From the IMG/VR virus record IMGVR_UViG_3300044613_001897: a stretch of DNA of 64,000 nucleotides; one strand, written 5' to 3'. The DNA is from a virus. Shown here one piece after another: positions 41,250 to 48,676 of the stretch. The position numbers were made by a program, and so were the translations under genes. Position 1 is the stretch's first letter, and each line of letters begins with the position of its first letter. The notes beneath the pieces are model-generated. The model was not told the origin of the DNA. It searched no databases and was given only the letters and a program-made list of their open reading frames with translations.

Positions 41250-41504
41250 ATGAAGAAATTTATATCACAAATATTCCAAGATGAAAGAGGTAATTTTTCA
41301 TCGAATCGCTTTGTAGGTATAATATGCACAATTACTTTATGTTATACATTACTACATATCCAATATACTAAATCTAACGTATCAGTACCAGATATGTTAA
41401 TAGAATCTATAGCCGCTTTAGCTTTTGGTGCATTAGGATTAGGAGCAGCTAATAAAATATTTAAGAAACCTGATATAGTAATAGATAGTAGTGGAGATAA
41501 ATAA
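41250..41504 (+). CDS. Small two-TM membrane protein, holin-like
   Basis: ATG at 41250 (MKKFISQIFQDERGNFSSNRF), two hydrophobic helices. Confidence 0.55.
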   Translation: MKKFISQIFQDERGNFSSNRFVGIICTITLCYTLLHIQYTKSNVSVPDMLIESIAALAFGALGLGAANKIFKKPDIVIDSSGDK

Positions 41505-41568
41505 ATTGAAGAATAATAGTTATTTTTCTTACTTACCGTATATTTATATAAAATAAAACAACAATAAA

Positions 41569-42057
41569 ATGGCAGAATTATTAGACCCATCAGAAATTAT
41601 GTTTACAGCTTTTGAACCAAAAGTCGCTAACAGGTTTATAATGTATATAGAAGGTATCCCAGCATATCTAATCAAAGCTTCCAATCGTCCAGGTATTACT
41701 TTCGGTGATGTAGTTATTGACCACATTAACGTAGAAAGAAAATTAAAAGGAAAAGGAAGATGGGATGACGTTACAATAACATTATACGATCCAGTTGTTC
41801 CTAGTGCTGCTCAAGCAGTAATGGAATGGATTCGTCTATCACATGAATCAGTAACAGGTAGAGATGGATATTCAGATTTCTATAAGAAAGATATTACATT
41901 TAATGCACTTGGACCTGTAGGTGATAAGGTAGAAGAAATCACTTTGAAAGGAGCATATATTTCATCAGCTAATTTTGGTGATTTTGATTGGGCAACTGAA
42001 GATGCAGTTAACATTCAGCTTACCTTGAAATATGATTACGCCATATTCCAATTTTGA
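41569..42057 (+). CDS. Tail tube protein (T4 gp19-like)
   Basis: FEPKVANRF, ITLYDPVVPS, VMEW, YKKDI, LKYDYA. Confidence 0.92.
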   Translation: MAELLDPSEIMFTAFEPKVANRFIMYIEGIPAYLIKASNRPGITFGDVVIDHINVERKLKGKGRWDDVTITLYDPVVPSAAQAVMEWIRLSHESVTGRDGYSDFYKKDITFNALGPVGDKVEEITLKGAYISSANFGDFDWATEDAVNIQLTLKYDYAIFQF

Positions 42058-42086
42058 TTTTTTTCTAAAGTTAATAGTAAAAATAC

Positions 42087-42117
42087 AAATCCGCTCTCTT
42101 TATTGGGGCGGATTTTT
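42087..42117 (+). terminator. Intrinsic terminator after the tail tube gene
   Basis: aaatccgctc/ggggcggattt stem followed by a T-tract. Confidence 0.75.
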
Positions 42118-42162
42118 ACATTTGTATAATATAAAAAGATAAAGTAATCATATTTATAGTAT

Positions 42163-42825
42163 ATGTCAGACGAAATACCTTATCTACCGTATAACCAATT
42201 TGTATCTAATGAAGAATTAGAAGCGATTCTATCTAAACCAGTACTTAAAGATTGGGTTAGTGAAATTAAAGTAGATGATATTAATAGAAAATTTGGTATT
42301 GTATTAGTACATATACTAGAAGCTTGGACTGTAGAATCAACAGAAGAATTGATACGAGCTATACGATTATTCTTACCAGTTATTAATAAAATGATAAGTA
42401 AGTATCCAAATATATTTGTATTAGATACAACAAAATACTCATCAGTATTCAGAGGCACAAATCTAGACTCAGATAAATTAGAAGAATTTATTAAATTAAC
42501 TGATATTGAGAAATGGAAACCTGTTAAGTTAAAAAACGATGTGACCATTATGGTATACTTTCCTAAAAAGTTTACATACAAACCACATAGATCAATGCAA
42601 AGTTGGAGCGTTAATCATAAGCGAGCAGCTGAATTTGGTGAAGCTATATTAATAGGAAGATCAAAAGATTCTAAATTTTTAATGAGTCCAGATTATTTTC
42701 ATAATATATCTAGACAAACCGATAATGAATTTGAAACTATACATATAGGTACTAAATATAAAGTATGGCTAGGTATAGAAATTCAATGGTTTAGCGATAT
42801 TGTACGGAGATTAAAAAGTAAATGA
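42163..42825 (+). CDS. Putative ADP-ribosyltransferase (R-S-E clade)
   Basis: VFRG, QSWS...A.EF and NEFE occur in the canonical order. Confidence 0.55.
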   Translation: MSDEIPYLPYNQFVSNEELEAILSKPVLKDWVSEIKVDDINRKFGIVLVHILEAWTVESTEELIRAIRLFLPVINKMISKYPNIFVLDTTKYSSVFRGTNLDSDKLEEFIKLTDIEKWKPVKLKNDVTIMVYFPKKFTYKPHRSMQSWSVNHKRAAEFGEAILIGRSKDSKFLMSPDYFHNISRQTDNEFETIHIGTKYKVWLGIEIQWFSDIVRRLKSK

Positions 42826-42849
42826 TATTTATATAAAACAAACAGTATA

Positions 42850-43137
42850 ATGAAAAAATCAGAACTAAGACAAATCATTAAAGAGGAAATCTCTAAAGCA
42901 TTAAGCGAAGCCCAAAAATATGATATCCTTGCAGTGCTAAAATCTATTAGAGAATTTAATAGAGGAAATATTGATGTAGAAGAGTTAGTACTTTCTTCAG
43001 TTAAAAATCTAGGATATAAACCAACCCCAGAAAATTTAGATAGTGCAGAAGATCATTTCATAGCATCAATGGATAGTAATAACAAATTACCTGAAGATAA
43101 AGTTTTAGTTAAAGAATTATACCAAATATTAAAATAG
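42850..43137 (+). CDS. Leader-A accessory protein
   Basis: MKKSELRQIIKEEISKALSE. Confidence 0.7.
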   Translation: MKKSELRQIIKEEISKALSEAQKYDILAVLKSIREFNRGNIDVEELVLSSVKNLGYKPTPENLDSAEDHFIASMDSNNKLPEDKVLVKELYQILK

Positions 43138-43142
43138 ACCAA

Positions 43143-43427
43143 ATGAAAAAATCAGAACTAAGACAAATCATTAAAGAAGAGGTACAAAAGGTAGTAGCTT
43201 ATAAAACATTGACAGAAGCAATTATCAATTCTAAAGCATTTACCAAACTATTCATACAGAATGTGAAAAATGGTTTAGTTGATAAGCCGGTAACATTTAA
43301 AGATTTGAAAGATTCTTTAGATTATGTCACTAACATTAGTGGAATACCTGATATTAAAAAGACTCATAAAAAAGAATACGAAGAAATTATTGGCCATTTA
43401 GCAGCTCATTACGATTTAAAAAAGTAA
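43143..43427 (+). CDS. Leader-A accessory protein
   Basis: MKKSELRQIIKEEVQKVVAYKTLTE. Confidence 0.7.
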   Translation: MKKSELRQIIKEEVQKVVAYKTLTEAIINSKAFTKLFIQNVKNGLVDKPVTFKDLKDSLDYVTNISGIPDIKKTHKKEYEEIIGHLAAHYDLKK

Positions 43428-43428
43428 A

Positions 43429-44562
43429 ATGATTAAACTAGCATCATTACTTAAAGAAGAACCTTTAGTACCGGTTAGCACGGAACATATTCCGGAACAA
43501 GACAATACATATATGTTCTTTCAGAATTTGCAAACTATTTGTAATGCAACCAAAGAACTTTTAGAAATGAATCCAGAGCAAATATCTAAACTATTAGCTG
43601 ATGGGCATGGCTGGGCATTAGATCATATAGCAACCTCAACAGATGATATATCTGAGGTATATCAATTTGTAAAGAATAGTTTAACAGAGAATCATTTACA
43701 AGAAGCTGATCAAGTTGGTGCACCTACTACAAAATTAACTGCTGTAAAAGCAGGAGGCATCGTAGTACCTATGGCAGGCCCGCACAAGGGAATCAAGCAT
43801 CTAGTTACTTATTCTAAGGGCAATAGACTAAACATTAAGCCGATGGGTCTAAAACCCGGGCAAAATAAGTATGCAGCAGGAACTACTGCAGTCAATATTA
43901 ATCAAGTAAAGATACTTAAAGAAGATTTAGGTAAATATGATTTAGATTATCAAGATAAAAAGATACTACCACAAATAGTGTCTGCTCTTGAAAAAATCCA
44001 CAAACTCAGAAACAAAATAAAAATTAGAACCGAGTGGGTAAATGGTTACTGGAATATAGTATTTAACGATATAGATTATATTTCTAAGAATGCTATAGAT
44101 GAATTTAAGTCTATTAGAAACCAAAATACATTTTTTGCTACATCATCTTTAATAGTTCCTTATATGGAAACTGGAAAGACAGTAAATATACATTTCACGA
44201 AGAAAGCTCAAGATTTTTTGGATATAGAAAACTTTGATAAGAATACTTGGTCACCAATAAAAAATACTAGTAATCTAAAAGAAGATTTAGGTGCATTTAG
44301 AAGATTGGTTATTACATCTAGTAAATCAGATTTACTTAAAAAGGAACTAGAAGACTTCATGAAACGACCGAATATAAAGTCAGACTATGCAGGCATGAAG
44401 TTTAATATGAAACCTGGAGCTAAACCTGATGTGATAGTTGTAGACATTGAAGGGCAAAGTGGTACTGCATTAGCAAACAAATTATCAGATATTGCTAAAA
44501 AGTTTGATAAAGGTGCTCAGATAAAAGTTAGAAAAGAACTTAAACTAAAACCTACAAAATAA
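43429..44562 (+). CDS. Leader-B multidomain accessory protein
   Basis: MIKLASLLKEE leader, with internal LTE, LQE and two LKEDLG sites. Confidence 0.7.
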   Translation: MIKLASLLKEEPLVPVSTEHIPEQDNTYMFFQNLQTICNATKELLEMNPEQISKLLADGHGWALDHIATSTDDISEVYQFVKNSLTENHLQEADQVGAPTTKLTAVKAGGIVVPMAGPHKGIKHLVTYSKGNRLNIKPMGLKPGQNKYAAGTTAVNINQVKILKEDLGKYDLDYQDKKILPQIVSALEKIHKLRNKIKIRTEWVNGYWNIVFNDIDYISKNAIDEFKSIRNQNTFFATSSLIVPYMETGKTVNIHFTKKAQDFLDIENFDKNTWSPIKNTSNLKEDLGAFRRLVITSSKSDLLKKELEDFMKRPNIKSDYAGMKFNMKPGAKPDVIVVDIEGQSGTALANKLSDIAKKFDKGAQIKVRKELKLKPTK

Positions 44563-44572
44563 TTTGATACCA

Positions 44573-44604
44573 AAATGTCTCAGATAAAAATATTTGAGGC
44601 ATTT
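44573..44604 (+). terminator. Intrinsic terminator, aatgcctca family
   Basis: aaatgtctcagata-aaaa-tatttgaggcattt. Confidence 0.7.
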
Positions 44605-44652
44605 CTATGAATCATAATTCAAATTACTTATATTTATTTAAAATAACAGATT

Positions 44653-45513
44653 ATGGCACAAGTTACAGACAACTATCCAAACAAACAATCCGTATCCGAC
44701 CAGCAGTTAAAAGAACTAGCATTACAGCAATATAAGCAGGATGAGGTAAAAGCATTTAATTTTCCAACCGAAGTAATAGATTTACCTTCAAAAGGTAAAG
44801 TTTATCCTGAAGATAATCTATTAGCATCGGGCAAAATTGAAATGAAGTATATGACTGCAAAAGAAGAAGATATTCTTACTTCTGCAAATCTAATTAAACA
44901 AGGAGTTGTATTAGATAAATTATTTCAATCATTAATAGTATCACCTATAAAGTATAATGACCTTATTACTGGTGATAAAAATGCAATAATGATTGCTGCT
45001 CGTATATTAGGATATGGTAAAGAATATGAAGTAGAAATCGAATGTCCAGCATGCGGTACTAAAAATAAACTTGTAATAGACTTAAGTACTATTAAGGATA
45101 AAGAGATACCTGAAGACGTTGATATGATAAGTCCAAATAGATTCAGATTCACATTACCAGTATCTAAAAGAGAAGTAATCTTTAAGTTTTTAACACATGG
45201 TGATGAGAAAAAGATTGAATACGAATTGGCGGATATTAAGAAGCGAGCAAAGAAAGATGATGTTAAACCTGAACTATCTACTAGATTAAAACATATTATT
45301 ACTTCTATTGATGGAATAGAAGATCAAAAAGCTATCAATCATTTTGTAGATAACGAATTATTCGCACAAGACTCTAGAGCATTAAGGTCATATGTAAAAG
45401 AGATATCACCAGATACAGATTTAACTTTTGATTTTGTATGTAATGCATGCGGACATGAAAAAGAAAATGTTGATATTCCAATCAATGTAAGCTTTTTTTG
45501 GCCTAGCTCCTGA
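44653..45513 (+). CDS. Tail/baseplate hub assembly chaperone (T4 gp26-like)
   Basis: LPSKG, YMTAKEEDIL, RILGYG, two CxxC pairs, C-terminal FFWP. Between tube and tape measure genes. Confidence 0.8.
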   Translation: MAQVTDNYPNKQSVSDQQLKELALQQYKQDEVKAFNFPTEVIDLPSKGKVYPEDNLLASGKIEMKYMTAKEEDILTSANLIKQGVVLDKLFQSLIVSPIKYNDLITGDKNAIMIAARILGYGKEYEVEIECPACGTKNKLVIDLSTIKDKEIPEDVDMISPNRFRFTLPVSKREVIFKFLTHGDEKKIEYELADIKKRAKKDDVKPELSTRLKHIITSIDGIEDQKAINHFVDNELFAQDSRALRSYVKEISPDTDLTFDFVCNACGHEKENVDIPINVSFFWPSS

Positions 45514-45724
45514 ACATAAACCAATTATCCATTCAGAAATACATGAAATAGTATTTTATGGTAGAGGCGGTTATAATTGGGAAACGGTGTATAACTGGCC
45601 AATATTTCTTAGAAAGTTTTACTTCAGAAAAATTAATGAGAGTTATAAGGCAGAACAAGATGCACAAAAGAAAGCTAATGATAAATCTAAAAAACAGAAA
45701 GTCTCAACACCAAATATAAGATAA
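45491..45724 (+). CDS. Start-less +1-frame ORF (gp51-like), probable frameshift extension of the chaperone
   Basis: AFFGLAPEHKPIIHSEIHEIVFYGRGGYNWETVYNWPIFLRKFYFRKINE...NIR*. No ATG, bounded by TAA at 45488, overlaps a T7 run. Confidence 0.7.
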   Translation, partial: AFFGLAPEHKPIIHSEIHEIVFYGRGGYNWETVYNWPIFLRKFYFRKINESYKAEQDAQKKANDKSKKQKVSTPNIR

Positions 45725-45728
45725 AAAG

Positions 45729-45756
45729 AAATGCCTCATTAAAAGTGAGGTATTTT
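45729..45756 (+). terminator. Intrinsic terminator, aatgcctca family
   Basis: aaatgcctca-ttaaaag-tgaggtattt followed by t. Confidence 0.7.
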
Positions 45757-45793
45757 CATTTAGTATTATATTTATATAAAACATACTATATTC

Positions 45794-46204
45794 ATGAAAA
45801 AATCAGAATTGAAACAAATCATTAAGGAGGAATATCAAAAAATGAATAAAAATAATAAGTCTATATTAACTGAAGAAAGCATTATTACAAAAATACTATA
45901 TCTGTTTTTATCTCCGAAAGTTAAAAGAGATATTAAGAAGGTAAAAAATTCACCTGAATGGATTGAGTTGGAAAGGCAGGCAAAATTAGCAGCAAGTGAA
46001 TTAGAAGCTATCAATAAAAGATTGGAACGCGCATATAAAGAAAGTGATAAAAGTATAAAGGATATGCAGAAAGCTGGTATCAAAATTACTTCTGATATGA
46101 GTCCGAAAGAAAAGTTTAAAGCATATAAAGATTGGCAAACAAAAGAACGTGCTAGTGTGGGACTATCAAAACTTAATACAGATTGGGAAAAGTACTTCTC
46201 ATAA
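45794..46204 (+). CDS. Leader-A accessory protein
   Basis: MKKSELKQIIKEEYQK...SILTEE. Confidence 0.7.
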   Translation: MKKSELKQIIKEEYQKMNKNNKSILTEESIITKILYLFLSPKVKRDIKKVKNSPEWIELERQAKLAASELEAINKRLERAYKESDKSIKDMQKAGIKITSDMSPKEKFKAYKDWQTKERASVGLSKLNTDWEKYFS

Positions 46205-46216
46205 TAAATGATATAA

Positions 46217-48634
46217 ATGGCTAAGAAAGCATCAGATAGCGAATTAGAAAGTCAACGTAATATTACGGCTGAACTAGCAAAACAAGCCAAGTTAAAACGT
46301 GAGCTTGCAGGTATTAGTCAGTCTATATTAGATTCAGAGGAGGATATAGTGGATTATGCTAAACGATATCTAGAAAATCTAAACGCCAGTAAGGGTGTGC
46401 AGGTTGATATAGATAAACTTCAATCCGATTATACTACACAGTTACAATTAATGCGCGAATCCTGGGCTGGAATGACGGAAGAACAACGCAAGGTAGCATT
46501 TATGGAGGCAAGATCAATAAAGTTACAAAAAGAAAAGGCTATTAACTTAAAAGAGCACTATGATACGCAGGTAAAAATAAATGATTTATCTGAACAGGCT
46601 ATTAAGCAAATGAAAAAAGAGGCTGAATTAGCTAACAAACGACAAGCATTTGTCGACAAGTACAAAGAATCATTAGCAGATCAATTAGGATTTCTAGACA
46701 GCATAGATGATGCAATAAAAGATATACCAGTAGTTGGTGGTGTGCTATCTAAAGCCTTAGGTTTAGATAATATTAAAGAGGAACTATCTAAAGAAATGCT
46801 CGGAGCATTTAAAACCGGATTACAAGGTGCAGCAGGTTCTGCCGGTGGCCTAATGGCCGGGTTACGAGGAGCAGCAACAGCAGCAAAAGGCGTATTGGTA
46901 TCCATGGGCCCGTTATTACCGATTATGTTAGCCGTCGCAGCAGCAGCAGCATTAATATTTAAAGCTCTTGAAATGGACGAAGAGCTAGTCGATCTTGCTA
47001 AAAATCTAGATGTATCCAAACATACCGCTCATGAAATACATCTATCGGCTATCGATATAGCTTCAGAAATGAATCAGGTTGGTATCAATTCTGAACAAGT
47101 GGTTAAAGTAATGGAAGAAATGAAGACTTCTATGGGATATAACGTTGGATTGATGGCACAACATAATGAAGCAGCAAGGCAATTAGTAGAAACCACAACC
47201 TTATTAGTAGAAAAGCAGGGGCTGTCAACTCAAGAAGCTGTAGATTTAAACAGAGCAGCGATTGCTGTTAATTTACCTATGGAAAATGTTGCGTTGATGG
47301 CAGCTGAAATGGGTGATGAATTGGTATCTGGTAGAGAAATTATGCAAGATTTAGGAAAGGTGTCTAAAGGGGTATTATTAAATTTCTCAAAAAACCCAGC
47401 CGCATTAGTTAAGGCTGTTAAACAAGCTAACCTATTAGGGACTACTTTAGATAAAATAAATTCAGCTGGTGATAATATGCTTGATATTGAGTCTAGCATA
47501 CAAAAGGAGATGGAAGCTCGTGTGATAACTGGTAAGAACTTAAATCTAAATCAAGCAAGATATTATGCTATGACGGGCGATACCGAGAAATTGCAAGAAG
47601 AAATTGCTAAACAAATGGGGACTGCTGCTGATTATGAAGAGATGTCGGTTATACAAAGAAAAGCATTAGCAGAAGCAATGGGCATGACTAAAGATGAAAT
47701 GGATGAAATGATGGTTAAACAAAAGGAATTAGAAACTTTAGGTTATGACCAAGAAAAATTACAAGAAATATTAGGTGGATCAAAAGCAGATCAGGCTAAA
47801 GCATTAGCAGCGTTAGGTAAAACAGAAGCAAAAGACTTGTTAGAAAAGAAAATTTTAGAACAAGATCGTGTAAAAACCACGGCGAAATTGGCAGACGTAA
47901 TGGCTAAATTAGGTGATTTAGCATCAAAATTTCTAGGACCTGTGCTATCTATCGTAGATGGTTTAATATCAGGTATAACATTTTTATTGACGCCATTTCA
48001 AACAATTGCCAGTACTATTAATTCAATATTTACCGGAGCAACATCAATAAAAGATGTATTTAAAGAAATGGGACCAGTAGCATCATTTATTGCTACAGCG
48101 TTAGGCGCTGCTGGTATAGCGGTAGCAACAGTTCTACTTCCAGGATTAATCAGCTCGGCGGCCGCTGCAGTAATGGCGTTGGGGCCAATGATAGCAGCTG
48201 CTATGGCAGCTATGTCAGCAGCAATTGCTGGCACGGTAGGAGTAGGCGCCGTTCCTATTATAGCAGGAATCGCAGCTGTTGCCGGGACAATTGCCGCTGT
48301 AACTTCTATAAGTGACGGAGTAATCAATCCAGACGGTGGGCTAATGGTATCAGGGCCAAAAGGATCAATATCATTAGATCCTAATGATTCTATAGTAGCA
48401 GGTACAAATTTATTTGGTGGTGATACACAAACTAATACAGCAACTAACCAACCAGCTGTTAATGATCCACAAATTGGAGAAATGATATCATTATTAAAAC
48501 AATTAGTAGCTGCCACATCAGGACCGACAGTAATTAAAATAGGAAGTAAAACTATAGAGGAATTAGACTCGCAAATTAGTTTAAGAAAAAACTATAATAT
48601 AGGTCCTGACAGAACATACGGCAATCGTTTATAA
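46217..48634 (+). CDS. Tape measure protein
   Basis: 805 aa, Ala-rich helical with hydrophobic segments, downstream of tube and chaperone. Confidence 0.85.
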   Translation: MAKKASDSELESQRNITAELAKQAKLKRELAGISQSILDSEEDIVDYAKRYLENLNASKGVQVDIDKLQSDYTTQLQLMRESWAGMTEEQRKVAFMEARSIKLQKEKAINLKEHYDTQVKINDLSEQAIKQMKKEAELANKRQAFVDKYKESLADQLGFLDSIDDAIKDIPVVGGVLSKALGLDNIKEELSKEMLGAFKTGLQGAAGSAGGLMAGLRGAATAAKGVLVSMGPLLPIMLAVAAAAALIFKALEMDEELVDLAKNLDVSKHTAHEIHLSAIDIASEMNQVGINSEQVVKVMEEMKTSMGYNVGLMAQHNEAARQLVETTTLLVEKQGLSTQEAVDLNRAAIAVNLPMENVALMAAEMGDELVSGREIMQDLGKVSKGVLLNFSKNPAALVKAVKQANLLGTTLDKINSAGDNMLDIESSIQKEMEARVITGKNLNLNQARYYAMTGDTEKLQEEIAKQMGTAADYEEMSVIQRKALAEAMGMTKDEMDEMMVKQKELETLGYDQEKLQEILGGSKADQAKALAALGKTEAKDLLEKKILEQDRVKTTAKLADVMAKLGDLASKFLGPVLSIVDGLISGITFLLTPFQTIASTINSIFTGATSIKDVFKEMGPVASFIATALGAAGIAVATVLLPGLISSAAAAVMALGPMIAAAMAAMSAAIAGTVGVGAVPIIAGIAAVAGTIAAVTSISDGVINPDGGLMVSGPKGSISLDPNDSIVAGTNLFGGDTQTNTATNQPAVNDPQIGEMISLLKQLVAATSGPTVIKIGSKTIEELDSQISLRKNYNIGPDRTYGNRL

Positions 48635-48676
48635 TCATATATTTTAGATGTATGATATTTATAGTTATACATTAGA

